From NCBI GenBank assembly GCA_965203805.1, contig OZ241917.1, forward strand, positions 5,056,001 to 5,120,000: a stretch of 64,000 nucleotides of DNA, in the 5' to 3' direction. The translations under genes and the position numbers were made by a program. Positions 47,822 to 58,344 of the stretch are shown here, one piece after another (the stretch's first letter is position 1; each line of letters begins with the position of its first letter). The stretch is from Candidatus Latescibacterota bacterium (GTDB lineage Bacteria > Latescibacterota > UBA2968 > GCA-2709665). The notes below the pieces were generated by a model. It searched no databases. It had not been told where the DNA came from and saw only the letters and a program-made list of their open reading frames with translations.

Positions 47822-48893
47822 ACCGGGCTTTGTGGACGAGATGGTGGTCGGCCAGGACGAGCGCGATCATGGATTCGACCATCGGCGCCGCGCGGGGCAA
47901 TACGCAGGGATCGTGGCGTCCGCGGCCCGATAACGTGGCCGGATTGCCGTGAATATCCACGGTTTCCTGGGTCTTGAGGATGGTTGCCGTCGGTTTGAAG
48001 GCGGCACGGACAACGATGTTTTCGCCATTGGAAATGCCACCCTGAATACCGCCGGAACGGTTGGTACGTGTGCGTATTCGTTCTCCGTCAACGTAGAACG
48101 CGTCGTTGTGGCTGAAACCGGTGAGCGTCGTGCCGGCAAACCCGGACCCGATTTCAAATCCCTTGCAGGCCGGGAGAGAAAGGATGGCTTTGCCCAGATC
48201 GGCTTCGAGCTTGTCGAAAACCGGTTCCCCGAAGCCCGGCGGCACGTTGCGCGCGACGGCTTCCACAACGCCGCCGAGTGAGTCGCCGTCTTTTCGTGCC
48301 TGTTCGATCTGCCCGATCATCCGGTCCGCAATTTCGGAATCGGGGCAGCGCACGATATTGGATTCGACCTGGTCCCGTGTGATTGTGTCTGGATCGGCAC
48401 AGGCCGTCAGGTCGCGAACGCTCTTGACGAAGGCCAGGATCTCCACGCCAAGCGCCTCGTGCAGGATCTTGCGCGCGATCGCGCCTGCCGCCACGCGACC
48501 GATGGTCTCGCGTGCACTGGCCCGCCCGCCGCCCTGCCAGTCCCGGATCCCGTATTTTGCCTGATAGGTGTAGTCGGCGTGAGACGGACGGTATTTTACC
48601 CGCATCTCCTCGTAGTCTTTGGATCGGGCGTCTTTGTTCCTGACAATCAGGGAGATGGGCGTGCCCAGGGTCTTGCCTTCGAAGACGCCGGACAGGATCT
48701 CGACGCGGTCCTCTTCCTTTCGCTGGGTGGTAATCCTGCTCTGCCCGGGGCGGCGCCGGTCCAGTTCCTTCTGAATCTCACCGGGCGCGATTTCGAGATT
48801 GGGCGGGCAGCCGTCAATAACAACGCCCACGCCGCCGCCGTGGGACTCGCCCCAGGTGGTGATGCGGAAGAGGTGGCCGAAAGTGTTGCCCAT
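47802..48893 (-). CDS. aroC: Chorismate synthase
   Basis: [43 protein letters not shown]. Confidence 0.98.
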   Translation of the reverse strand: MGNTFGHLFRITTWGESHGGGVGVVIDGCPPNLEIAPGEIQKELDRRRPGQSRITTQRKEEDRVEILSGVFEGKTLGTPISLIVRNKDARSKDYEEMRVKYRPSHADYTYQAKYGIRDWQGGGRASARETIGRVAAGAIARKILHEALGVEILAFVKSVRDLTACADPDTITRDQVESNIVRCPDSEIADRMIGQIEQARKDGDSLGGVVEAVARNVPPGFGEPVFDKLEADLGKAILSLPACKGFEIGSGFAGTTLTGFSHNDAFYVDGERIRTRTNRSGGIQGGISNGENIVVRAAFKPTATILKTQETVDIHGNPATLSGRGRHDPCVLPRAAPMVESMIALVLADHHLVHKARCDSNGT

Positions 48894-48970
48894 GCGGCGT
48901 TCGCTCCGTGTGTTGTGCGCCTGGATTCCCCGCTCGGGAAACGTCGCTCTGCCCCGCGGGAAACGGCCTC

Positions 48971-48999
48971 AATTTACCGGATTCCCAAATGCGGGTCAA
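48971..48999 (-). promoter_or_regulatory. Sigma70-type promoter for the aroC operon
   Basis: TTGACC-17 bp-TAAATT. Confidence 0.6.
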
Positions 49000-49071
49000 G
49001 CAAAAGTCTGCGCGTGAAAGCGCGGATTTGCGCACGCCACGCCCTCTTGGAAGCCCCCGATCCGCGACATC

Positions 49072-49100
49072 TTGACAGCGTCCCGATGCGGGCCTATCTT
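49072..49100 (+). promoter_or_regulatory. Sigma70-type promoter for the creatininase-led catabolic operon
   Basis: TTGACA-17 bp-TATCTT. Confidence 0.65.
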
Positions 49101-49132
49101 GTGCTCGCCGACAGGAAAAACCGGAGGGCCGC

Positions 49133-49921
49133 ATGGGTAAGCACTGCTCGGGTATTCTCGAAGAAATGACCATCGACCAGGTTCGGGGGCTCAAGCCGGA
49201 CGTTGCCGTCATTCCGATCGGATCGACGGAACCGCACGGTCCGGCGCTGCCGTACGGTACCGACAGCTATCGGGCCGAAGCAATCGCCTGCGGCGCCACC
49301 CGGGAGGCGAACAGCCGGGGCGGCCGGGTGATCTGCCTGCCCACCGTCCGGGTCAGCCTGAACAACAATTTTCGCGCCTTCCCGTTCGCCTGCCGCATGG
49401 AGGTGTCGACGTTCATGGCGCTGCTGAAGGACCTCGTAAGAATGTGCGAGTCGGACGGCATAGAGAAGGTCGTATTCGTGAATGCCCACGGAGGCAATCC
49501 GGACGTGATCCGGGCGGCAATGCGCGATCTGGCCGCGGCAGACGGCGCATTCGTCTGCATGATCCAGGCCTCTTCGTGCGCGTCGCCCGAGGCGCGGCAG
49601 GTCTGCGAAAAACCAAGCGACCACGCGGGCGAGGAGGAGACGTCGCAGATGCTCTACCTGCGGCCCGACCTTGTCCGCAAGGAAAAGATCGGGGACCATC
49701 CGCGCAGGCAACCCGAACTCGAGGTCCTGACGGAGTACCAGGTGGATTTCGTGAGGCCGTGGCACCTCTACATGCCGGCATCCGCCGGCGGCGACGCAAG
49801 CCGCGCCACACGGGAAAAGGGAAAGATCGTCATCGATTCAAGCATCGAGGGAACGGGCAGGTTTCTGGCGGAACTGTCCAGGGCGGACAGGCACCGCGGT
49901 TTCCCTTACCCGTCCGATTGA
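49133..49921 (+). CDS. Creatininase/mycofactocin MftE-like amidohydrolase
   Basis: PIGSTEPHGPALPYGTD, NAHGGN, HAG..ETS, A..EKG. Confidence 0.9.
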   Translation: MGKHCSGILEEMTIDQVRGLKPDVAVIPIGSTEPHGPALPYGTDSYRAEAIACGATREANSRGGRVICLPTVRVSLNNNFRAFPFACRMEVSTFMALLKDLVRMCESDGIEKVVFVNAHGGNPDVIRAAMRDLAAADGAFVCMIQASSCASPEARQVCEKPSDHAGEEETSQMLYLRPDLVRKEKIGDHPRRQPELEVLTEYQVDFVRPWHLYMPASAGGDASRATREKGKIVIDSSIEGTGRFLAELSRADRHRGFPYPSD

Positions 49922-49974
49922 CTCGGAAACCCGGAACGAACATGGATGGTCGGGACGGGCCACCGGAGGTGACC

Positions 49975-51072
49975 ATGATCAACTATCAGGACCTGGGCGT
50001 AAAGCCTTTCATCAACGCCAGCGGGACGATTACGACCCTCGGCGGCAGCCTCATGCGCCCGGAAGTCCTGGACGCGATGCAGGAGGCGGCGGGGGCGTTC
50101 GTGGACCTTCCGGAGCTGAACGAAAGGGCGGGGCGGTACCTGGCCGAAAAAATCGGCGTTGAGGCGGCTTTCGTCTCCTGTGGCGCGGCAAGCGGGATGC
50201 AGCTCTCGGCGGCGGCGTGCCTGACGGGCGCCGACGCGGAAAAGGTCCGGGCGCTGCCGCATACCGAAGGCTGGCGGAACGAGTTCGTGGTCAGTCTTGT
50301 GGACTCCCATACGTACATCCATCAGGGGATCGAGATCTGCGGCGGAAAGCTGGTGCGCGCGGGCAGCAGGACGGAGGTGACGGCCGGGGACATCCTCGGC
50401 GGCATCACCGAGCGGACAGCGGCCGTGGTCCATTTCCTGGGCATGCAGAGCAAGGCGCAGCTCAAGGAGGTAATCGCCGGGGCGAATCGTGCAGGGGTCC
50501 CTGTGCTTGTCGACGCCGCGGCGCAGCTTCCACCGAGGACGAACCTGACGGAGATTGCGAACATCGGCGCGAGCCTGGTGGTCTTCAGCGGAGGCAAGGG
50601 GCTGAGGGGGCCGCAGTGCACGGGCCTGGTCCTGGGAAAAAGGGAATACGTGGACGCGGCCATGCTGAATGCCAGCCCTTTCAGCGCGGTCGGGCGCGGC
50701 ATGAAAGTTGGAAAGGAAGAGATTCTCGGGCTCCTGGCGGCCGTTGATCTGTTTCTGGCGGGAAGCGACGATCAGGACCGGGCCACGTGGCGCCAACAGG
50801 TGAAACGGGTCGTGGCGGCAGTGTCCGAAATTCCTGGCGTCAAGGCATATGTCCTGGGAGAGGGCCAGCAGGCGGCGCCCGATTTCGCTCCCAGGGCCTA
50901 CGTCGATCTCCCCGAGTCTGAAACCCGCGAGGTGATTCGGGCCATGCGCGAGGGAGACCCCCGGGTGGTGGTCCGCTCGAGCGGGAGTGGAATCGTTGTG
51001 GATCCGATGACGCTGGCGCCCGGCGAGGAGGAGGTCGTCGGCCGTCGCCTCAAGGAGGTGCTGCGCCGATGA
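49975..51072 (+). CDS. SelA-like/DgaE-family PLP-dependent enzyme
   Basis: INASG..T.LGGS, VDAAA, FSGGKGLRGPQ, GRGMKVGKEE. GGAGG RBS before ATG 49975. Confidence 0.88.
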   Translation: MINYQDLGVKPFINASGTITTLGGSLMRPEVLDAMQEAAGAFVDLPELNERAGRYLAEKIGVEAAFVSCGAASGMQLSAAACLTGADAEKVRALPHTEGWRNEFVVSLVDSHTYIHQGIEICGGKLVRAGSRTEVTAGDILGGITERTAAVVHFLGMQSKAQLKEVIAGANRAGVPVLVDAAAQLPPRTNLTEIANIGASLVVFSGGKGLRGPQCTGLVLGKREYVDAAMLNASPFSAVGRGMKVGKEEILGLLAAVDLFLAGSDDQDRATWRQQVKRVVAAVSEIPGVKAYVLGEGQQAAPDFAPRAYVDLPESETREVIRAMREGDPRVVVRSSGSGIVVDPMTLAPGEEEVVGRRLKEVLRR

Positions 51073-51905
51073 TCGACGCCCATTTGCACATCGGACACCA
51101 CGGCAGGAGTCTTGAGGATACGATCCGGCATATCGAAGGCATCGGGGCGGATAAAGCCGTATTCCTGCCGATCGAGACGGCCGACCGGGAATACGAATGG
51201 CTCTCGGAAACCGTTGCGATGGCGCATGAGCGGTACCCGGACAAAGTCATTCCATTCTGCCACGTGGACGTGACACGGGAAGACGCGGTCGCGGAACTCG
51301 AACGACGCGCGCGGCTGGGGGTATTCCGGGGGTACGGAGAACAGAAACAGCACGTGCCATTGAATCATCCGGGTCTGGAACGCGTGCTGGCTTTCTGCAA
51401 CGAAATGCGCTGGCCCGTCACGTGGCATTTTCAGGAGGGGAGCCGGGGTTACAATCAGGGTATCGGACATCTGGAGTCGCTGGTGCGCAAGTTCCGCGAT
51501 ATCAGGTTTATCGGACACGCACAGTCCTGGTGGGCCAATATCAGCGCGGACGTGCCTCCGCCGGAGGAGACGTTGTACCCGCGGGGGCCCGTGGTTCCGG
51601 GCGGACTGGCGGACCGGCTGCTGTCAGACTACGAAAACGTGTACGCGGACCTGTCCGCCGGGTCGGGGCTGGGGGCCGTCACACGCGACGAGGCGTTCGG
51701 CAGGGACTTTCTGATGCGACACCGCCGCAGGTTGCTCTTCGCCACCGATTGCCCGTGTGTGGATGGACGGGGAACCGACTACCCTCCGGGGTGTTTTGCG
51801 GCGAAGAGCCTGCCGTTCCTGAGACGGATGGTGGAAGATCAGGAAGCGCTGGAGGATATCCTGCACCGGAATGCGGTGCGCGTAATCGGGCTGGATGAGG
51901 ATTAA
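51069..51905 (+). CDS. Amidohydrolase_2 family metal-dependent hydrolase
   Basis: IDAHLH, GE.K, WH, FIGH, YADLSA.SG, LLFATD. Confidence 0.88.
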   Translation: MIDAHLHIGHHGRSLEDTIRHIEGIGADKAVFLPIETADREYEWLSETVAMAHERYPDKVIPFCHVDVTREDAVAELERRARLGVFRGYGEQKQHVPLNHPGLERVLAFCNEMRWPVTWHFQEGSRGYNQGIGHLESLVRKFRDIRFIGHAQSWWANISADVPPPEETLYPRGPVVPGGLADRLLSDYENVYADLSAGSGLGAVTRDEAFGRDFLMRHRRRLLFATDCPCVDGRGTDYPPGCFAAKSLPFLRRMVEDQEALEDILHRNAVRVIGLDED

Positions 51906-51911
51906 GCGATC

Positions 51912-53363
51912 ATGTCCATCGCGATAAAGTCCATCGATCTGAACGTCCTGAACATGAAAGCGCGGATGCCGTTCCGATACGGGATCGCGTCTCTGGTGGC
52001 CGTACCCCATCTCTTCGTCCGGGCGACCGCGGAGATTCACGGACGCCGGGAGGTGGGACTCGCGGCGGACGGGCTCCCGCCGAAGTGGTTCACCAAGAAC
52101 CCTGAAGCGTCTTTCGAGGACGACCTTGACGAAATGCTGGCGGTGATCCGGCAGGCATGCCGTCTGGCACGGTCCGCGGACGCGGCGGAGACCGTCTATG
52201 ATATCTGGCGGGAGATCTACAACCGTCAGAAGGAATGGGCCCTATCCACACCGTACCCGCCACTGCTGTGGGGATTCGGCGTGAGCCTGGTGGAGCGGGC
52301 GCTCATCGACGCGTTCTGCAGGGCGACCGGGGCCGCGTTCGGATGTGCGCTGCGAAAGAACGGGTTCGGCATTCGTCTGGCCGATTTACAGCCCGATCTG
52401 GAGGCGGTCGAAGCCGCGGCGCTGCTGCCCGTACGCGCGAGCCGGTCGATTCTGGCGCGCCACACCGTGGGGTTGACCGATCCCCTTACAGACGCGGACG
52501 TCCCGGCGGACGAGCGTGTGGAAGACGGCCTGCCCCAATCCCTCGAAGCCAGTATACTGGCGTATGGCCTGACCCACCTGAAGATCAAGTTGTGCGGCAA
52601 TGCGGACCAGGACGCGGACAGGCTGAGGCAGATCGCCGGATTGATGGAACGACATTCCGGGTCCGACTACGCATTTACGCTCGACGGGAACGAGCAATAT
52701 TCGAAAATCGATCCGTTCCGTGCGCTGTGGGAATCGGTTATGGCGGATCCGTCGCTCCACCGGTTCATGGCGAGGTTGTTATTCGTGGAGCAGCCCCTGA
52801 GGCGCGACGTCGCTCTCGGCGAGGCCGCGGGCGGCGCACTGCGCGGCTGGACCGGTCGTCCGCCCATGATCATCGATGAGTCCGACGGGACGCTGACCAG
52901 CGCGGCGGAAGCGCTGGATCTGGGATATGCGGGAACCAGCCACAAGAACTGCAAAGGGGTATTCAAAGGCATTGCCAGCGCCTGTCTTATCGCAGACAGA
53001 CAAAGGAAAGACCCCGGCCGGGCCTATATCCTCAGCAGCGAGGATCTGGGCAACGTCGGCCCTGTTGCGCTGCTGCAGGACCTGGCGGTGGCCGCAAGCC
53101 TTGGCGTGGGACATACCGAGCGCAACGGCCATCACTATTTTTCGGGTTTGAGCATGTATCCCGATGACGTTCAGTCGGAAGTGCTCCGCCAGCACGGCTC
53201 ACTTTACCGTCGTCACGAAACGGGGTTTCCAACGCTGGACGTGCGGGGTGGCCGGTTGAACATCGCGAGCGTCGTCGATGCGCCTTTCGGCTACGGGTTC
53301 GACCTGGACACCTCGAGATTCACCCCGCTGGAAGACTGGTCGCCGGCGTCTCTGGACCTTTGA
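51912..53363 (+). CDS. Divergent enolase-superfamily protein
   Basis: RMPFRYG, PKWF, KIK, LDGNE, EQP, IDES, SHKNCKG, EDL, ERNGHHY. Confidence 0.7.
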   Translation: MSIAIKSIDLNVLNMKARMPFRYGIASLVAVPHLFVRATAEIHGRREVGLAADGLPPKWFTKNPEASFEDDLDEMLAVIRQACRLARSADAAETVYDIWREIYNRQKEWALSTPYPPLLWGFGVSLVERALIDAFCRATGAAFGCALRKNGFGIRLADLQPDLEAVEAAALLPVRASRSILARHTVGLTDPLTDADVPADERVEDGLPQSLEASILAYGLTHLKIKLCGNADQDADRLRQIAGLMERHSGSDYAFTLDGNEQYSKIDPFRALWESVMADPSLHRFMARLLFVEQPLRRDVALGEAAGGALRGWTGRPPMIIDESDGTLTSAAEALDLGYAGTSHKNCKGVFKGIASACLIADRQRKDPGRAYILSSEDLGNVGPVALLQDLAVAASLGVGHTERNGHHYFSGLSMYPDDVQSEVLRQHGSLYRRHETGFPTLDVRGGRLNIASVVDAPFGYGFDLDTSRFTPLEDWSPASLDL

Positions 53364-53446
53364 GGATGCTCGGCCCGGAACCGATGCGCGCAGTCGCCGA
53401 TCCGGAACCCGATTGAAGGCGAACGCCCGTTTCCAGGGAGGCAGGT

Positions 53447-54799
53447 TTGAATCCGATCGACTGGAACGCGGTCCGTGAGGAGGTGACGGGATACCTGCGG
53501 GACCTGATCCGCCTGGACACGACCAATCCGCCTGGAAACGAGATTCTGGCCGCGGAGTACCTTGCGGGCGTGTTGCGGCGCGAGGGTCTGGGTCCACGGG
53601 TGACCGAGTCGCAGCCGGGGCGCGGGAACGTCACGGCCCGGCTGGCCGGAGGCGGCGAGCCGCTCGTGCTGCTGGGGCATACGGACGTGGTGGCGGTTGA
53701 ACCCGACCGGTGGCGGCATCCGCCGTTCGGCGGACAGGTGCACGACGGATACGTCTGGGGGCGCGGCGCGCTGGATATGAAGAACATGGTCGCCGCCGAG
53801 CTGATGGTATTTCTGTTGTTGAAACGCCGCCGGACCGATCTGAAGCGGGACGTCATCTTCGCGGCCACCGCGGATGAAGAGGCGGGAAAGGGAGACCATG
53901 GCGTCGGGTGGCTGCTGGACAACCACCCGGAACAGGTGGACGCGCCCTTTGTGCTGACGGAAGGCGGCGGCGCGGACTTCCGTGTGGGCGATGCCCGGTT
54001 CTATACCTGCCAGACCGGGCAGAAGGGGATCTGCAGATTCCGGATGGTGGCCCGCGGGAAGCCCGGCCACGGTTCAAGGCCGCACCCGCAAAACGCCGCG
54101 GTGAGGCTGTCGGAAGCGGTTGCCGCCCTGGGACGGGCCGTATTGCCGATGCATCCGTCCCGGACCGTCAGGGCGTTTCTCGACAGTATCGCCGCAACGC
54201 AGGATCCCCTCACCGCGGACCGGCTGCGTCGCGTCCTGGAACCCGAACACAGCGAAACTGCGCTCGAATCGCTGCCGCTTGCGCCCGAGATCGTTGCGAA
54301 CCTGCGTTCGTCATTGAGAAACACGGCTTCCGTCACCATGTTGCAGGCCGGGCAGAAGATAAACGTCATTCCCGCGGAGGCTTCCGCATGGGTGGACGGC
54401 AGACTTGCGCCGGGACAGACGGATGACAGCTTCTTCGAGGAGATCCGGCCGCTGGTCGGAGAGGACCTCCGGTTCGAAGTGGACCAGTACAGCCCGCCTC
54501 TGGAGGCCGGGATCGACTCGCCGCTTTACCGCGCGATTGTGGACGTGATGGCGGATCACGATCCGGGCGCATGCGTTGTGCCGTCGCAATCCACGGGCGG
54601 TACGGATGCCAAACACATCTGCCCGCGAAGGCCGGCAACGCAAGTGTACGGGTTCATGCCGTACAGGGGGGCCCCCGGAGAAGAGGAATGGCAGTTGATC
54701 CATGGTCACGACGAACGCACCTCGGTGGAAAATCTGCTGTTCGCCACGCGTGTGCTGTACGATGTCGTGCATCGCTTTTGCGTGGAACGCGCCCCGTAA
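53447..54799 (+). CDS. M20/M25/M40 family metallo-hydrolase
   Basis: GHTDVV, GRGALDMK, DEE, TEGG, GHGS, GGTD, HG.DER. Confidence 0.92.
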   Translation: MNPIDWNAVREEVTGYLRDLIRLDTTNPPGNEILAAEYLAGVLRREGLGPRVTESQPGRGNVTARLAGGGEPLVLLGHTDVVAVEPDRWRHPPFGGQVHDGYVWGRGALDMKNMVAAELMVFLLLKRRRTDLKRDVIFAATADEEAGKGDHGVGWLLDNHPEQVDAPFVLTEGGGADFRVGDARFYTCQTGQKGICRFRMVARGKPGHGSRPHPQNAAVRLSEAVAALGRAVLPMHPSRTVRAFLDSIAATQDPLTADRLRRVLEPEHSETALESLPLAPEIVANLRSSLRNTASVTMLQAGQKINVIPAEASAWVDGRLAPGQTDDSFFEEIRPLVGEDLRFEVDQYSPPLEAGIDSPLYRAIVDVMADHDPGACVVPSQSTGGTDAKHICPRRPATQVYGFMPYRGAPGEEEWQLIHGHDERTSVENLLFATRVLYDVVHRFCVERAP

Positions 54800-54824
54800 T
54801 CGCCGGTAACCGGCCGGAGGGACA

Positions 54825-55802
54825 TTGATGCGGGTACTGGTAACGGACTATGCGTGGGCGGACCTCACCGTGGAACAGAGGGTCCTGGATGAGATCGGGG
54901 TTGACCTCGTGGCCGCGCCGGATGGCAACGAAGAGACCCTGGCGCGGCTGGCGGTCGGCGTCAGCGGCATCATGACCTGTTGGGCCATGACCACGCGGCA
55001 CGTCATTCGGGCCGCGCTGCCGGACCTGAAGGTGGTGACGCGTTACGGTGTGGGCCTGGACAACATAGACGTGGCGTACGCGACCGCCCACGGGATCCCT
55101 GTGGCGTACGTGCCGGACTATTGCATGGTGGACGTGGCGGAGCACGCGATGGCGCTGCTGCTGGCGCTTTCGCGCAAGGTGGCGGGGTTCGACCGATCCG
55201 TACGCGGCGGCGTGTGGGATATCCAGGCGTGTGTGCCGCTGAATCGCCTGACCGGGCGGACGCTGGGGCTGATCGGCTTCGGGCGCATTGCACGGGAGGT
55301 TGCGGGCCGCGCGTCGGCTTTCGGTCTGCGCGTGCTGGCGACGGCCCCGTCGATGACGCCCGGGTCCACGGCGGTTGACGGCGTCGAGGCCGTCACGCTG
55401 GATCAATTGTTGCGGACGTCGGACTTCGTCTCGATTCACTGTCCTTCCTCGGACGCGACGCGGGGACTCATCGACGCGGGCGCCCTGCGCAAGATGAAAC
55501 CCACGGCCTGTCTGATCAATACGTCACGGGGCGATATTGTGGATGAGACCGCCCTGGCCGACGCGCTGGCCGCGGGCGGGATCGCGGGGGCGGCCCTCGA
55601 TGTACGTGTAGCGGAGCCACCGGTCGAGGGGGACCGGCTTATCGGGATGCCCCAGGTGATCCATACACCCCACGCGGCGTTTTATTCGTCTGAATCCCTG
55701 GTTGAATTGAGGCAACGCGCCGCGATGGAGACGCTCCGGGTCCTGCGGGGCGGCGAACCGGAAAACCTGGTGAATCCGGAATACCGGCGCGCCGGCGGGT
55801 GA
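54825..55802 (+). CDS. D-2-hydroxyacid dehydrogenase (CtBP/SerA-like)
   Basis: RYGVGLDNID, VPDYC..DVAEHA, GFGRI, INTSRG, TPHAAFYS. Confidence 0.9.
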   Translation: MMRVLVTDYAWADLTVEQRVLDEIGVDLVAAPDGNEETLARLAVGVSGIMTCWAMTTRHVIRAALPDLKVVTRYGVGLDNIDVAYATAHGIPVAYVPDYCMVDVAEHAMALLLALSRKVAGFDRSVRGGVWDIQACVPLNRLTGRTLGLIGFGRIAREVAGRASAFGLRVLATAPSMTPGSTAVDGVEAVTLDQLLRTSDFVSIHCPSSDATRGLIDAGALRKMKPTACLINTSRGDIVDETALADALAAGGIAGAALDVRVAEPPVEGDRLIGMPQVIHTPHAAFYSSESLVELRQRAAMETLRVLRGGEPENLVNPEYRRAGG

Positions 55803-55887
55803 CGTCAACTTGCGGGGTTGGCCCGTTCCACGAACGGGACCGCCACAACGCGCCGCAGGAGCGATAGAGGATGATCGTGCGGGAGTC

Positions 55888-57258
55888 ATGATGTCGGAAC
55901 AGCCTAACATACTGGTATTGATGTGCGACCAGTTGCGCCGCGACGCACTGTCGGTTCACGGCGACGTGAACCTGCAGACGCCGAATATCGATGCGCTGGC
56001 AACACGGGGCGTGAGATTCACGAACGCCTGTTCGACCTATCCGATCTGCGTGCCGTTCCGCTTTACGTTCATGACCGGAGAATATGCGCATACGCGCAAG
56101 GTCCCCGGTATCGAGTACCGGATGTCGCCCACCGAATTCACGCTGGCCGACGCGTTCAACGAAGCGGGGTACGAGACGGTTTACGTGGGAAAGTGGCACC
56201 TCGACGGCGGCCACGGAAGAATGGGTTCGGCGCTTGAATGCGGGCGTACGCCGGTGCCCCGGGCGTACCAGGGACGCTGGGAGAAGTGGTTCGGATTCGA
56301 GCTCAGAAATGCCCCTTTCGACACCTATTATTTCGAGGACGACGATCCCGCGCCAAGACCCGTCAGCGGGTATCAGACCGACGGTTTGTACGATATCGGC
56401 ATGAACTACCTTGCCGGAGAGCGGGACACCTCCAGGCCGTTCTGCATGGTCATTTCGGTGGAGCCCCCGCACGACCCGTTCGAAGCGCCGCCCGATATTC
56501 AGGCGGCATGGGAAGCCAGGGAGATTGAACTGCCGCCCAATCTCGAGGCTTCCGACGGCGCGAGCCGGGAAGCCTTCGTGCTGAATCGCAAGCGATATTA
56601 CGCGATGGTGGAGAATCTCGACGCCAATGTGAAGCGGATGACGGATTTTCTGAAGGCCCAGGGACTGGCGGAGAATACCGTGGTGTTGTTCGTTTCGGAC
56701 CACGGTGAACTGGGCGGCAGCCACGGGCTTGCAGGGAAGCAGTGGCCGTACGAGGAATCCGTGGGCATTCCGGCGATTGTCTACGACCCCCGCTTTCCCG
56801 TCCGGGCGGGTACGGCAATCGAGGATCCGATCTGCACGGAGGATTTTTTCCCGACGCTACTGGGTATGGCGGGGCTTCCCCCCGGCGATCGCCTGCAGGG
56901 TATGGACCTGTCCCCGCTGGTTCGCGGTGAGACTGACTCGCTGGATCGGGAAGGGGTTCTGCTGGAGTTCGTGGCCGAACTCCGCAAGGGGATGGCGTTC
57001 AACCGGTGGGTGTGGCGCGGGTTTCGGAGCGCGCGGTACAAATATACCGTCCGGGGAGACAAGACGGGCGCCGGCGCCTGGCAGTTTTTCGATCTGCATG
57101 CCGATCCGTACGAACGCCGGAACCTGATCGGTCACCCCGACTTCCAGGACGAAATCGCGCGGCACCACAGCCTTCTCAGAGAACGGCTGGTTGAGACCGG
57201 CGACCACTTCGTGTTGCTGCCCGCGTTTGGATGCGACGGCGTAAACGTTTGGCAGTAG
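55888..57258 (+). CDS. Sulfatase (formylglycine-dependent)
   Basis: PNILV..DQ, CVPFR (CxPxR), GKWH, PH.P, SDHG, K..PYEES; likely start 55888. Confidence 0.93.
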   Translation: MMSEQPNILVLMCDQLRRDALSVHGDVNLQTPNIDALATRGVRFTNACSTYPICVPFRFTFMTGEYAHTRKVPGIEYRMSPTEFTLADAFNEAGYETVYVGKWHLDGGHGRMGSALECGRTPVPRAYQGRWEKWFGFELRNAPFDTYYFEDDDPAPRPVSGYQTDGLYDIGMNYLAGERDTSRPFCMVISVEPPHDPFEAPPDIQAAWEAREIELPPNLEASDGASREAFVLNRKRYYAMVENLDANVKRMTDFLKAQGLAENTVVLFVSDHGELGGSHGLAGKQWPYEESVGIPAIVYDPRFPVRAGTAIEDPICTEDFFPTLLGMAGLPPGDRLQGMDLSPLVRGETDSLDREGVLLEFVAELRKGMAFNRWVWRGFRSARYKYTVRGDKTGAGAWQFFDLHADPYERRNLIGHPDFQDEIARHHSLLRERLVETGDHFVLLPAFGCDGVNVWQ

Positions 57259-57274
57259 GATCCCGCCGGATGGA

Positions 57275-58315
57275 TTATGCGGCCTGAAACCAGGCGCGGA
57301 AGGAGGGTTCGAAAGGGGATTGCGCCACGCCCTTCTCCGTTACGATGGCCGAGACGAGCCGCTCAGGCGTGACGTCGAAGGCCGGATTGTAGACGTTAAC
57401 GCCTCCCGGGGCGGTCTGCCTGCCCATGCCCAGGGTAATTTCCTCTGGGCCGCGTTCTTCGATGGGGATTTCCGCGCCGCAGGCGAGGGACATGTCAATT
57501 GTGGATAGTGGAGCGGCGACATAAAAGGGAACGTTGTGTTCCCTTGCCAGGATGGCCAGTCCGTAGGTGCCGATTTTATTGGCCACGTCGCCGTTGGCGG
57601 CAATACGGTCGGCGCCGACGATGACACTGTCGATATTCTTCTGCCGCAGGACCGACGCCGCCATGCTGTCGCAGATCACCGTGACGTCGATGCCGCTTTG
57701 ACCGAGTTCCCACGCCGTGAGCCGCGACCCCTGCAGCAGAGGGCGGGTTTCATCGGCGAAGACGGCGACCTGTTTCCCGGATTCAACGGCCGCATATATC
57801 ACAGCCAGCGCCGTGCCGTAGTCTGCGGTGGCCAGGGCGCCGGCGTTGCAGTGGGTGAGCACGGTGGCGTCGTGCCCAAGCAGTTCGGCCCCGTTCCTGC
57901 CGATCTGCCTGCATACTTTCCGGTCTTCCTCGAAGATTTCGTGCGCTTCCTCCAGCAACCGGTCTCGAATCTCCGCGGGATCCTGATCCGCAATTTCGCT
58001 CAATCGGCTGCTCATACGGTCCAGCGCCCAGAAGAGGTTCACCGCCGTGGGCCGCGTGCGGGAGAGCCTCGATATAGCCATTCTTGTCCCGGAGACGATA
58101 TCGCCTCCTGTGGCCAGGGCATTCCGCGCGCCGATGACGACGCCATACGCCGCGGCCACACCGATCGCGGGAGCGCCCCGGACCCGAAGGCTCTCGATGG
58201 CTTCGGCAACGGTTTCCACGTCTCCGCAGTCGATCCGGACGTATCGTTCAGGCAGAAATGTCTGATCGATCAGCCGAAGGGAGTCGTTTTCCCAGGTGAT
58301 GGTTGGTACAGGCAT
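57275..58315 (-). CDS. mtnA: S-methyl-5-thioribose-1-phosphate isomerase
   Basis: IDQ..LP, VRGAPAIG, RPTAVNL, LTHCNAG.LAT, ETRP.LQG.RLT.WEL, NKIGT, NPAFDVTP. Confidence 0.96.
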   Translation of the reverse strand: MPVPTITWENDSLRLIDQTFLPERYVRIDCGDVETVAEAIESLRVRGAPAIGVAAAYGVVIGARNALATGGDIVSGTRMAISRLSRTRPTAVNLFWALDRMSSRLSEIADQDPAEIRDRLLEEAHEIFEEDRKVCRQIGRNGAELLGHDATVLTHCNAGALATADYGTALAVIYAAVESGKQVAVFADETRPLLQGSRLTAWELGQSGIDVTVICDSMAASVLRQKNIDSVIVGADRIAANGDVANKIGTYGLAILAREHNVPFYVAAPLSTIDMSLACGAEIPIEERGPEEITLGMGRQTAPGGVNVYNPAFDVTPERLVSAIVTEKGVAQSPFEPSFRAWFQAA

Positions 58316-58344
58316 CGGTCGAATCCGTTCGTTCGATCCGGCAG

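Noticed and set aside
49975-51072. True selenocysteine synthase SelA, tempting given the selenoprotein
   Set aside because: Short (~365 aa), lacks the SelA N-terminal tRNA-binding region, has DgaE-type GRGMKVGKEE, and sits in a catabolic operon without selB.
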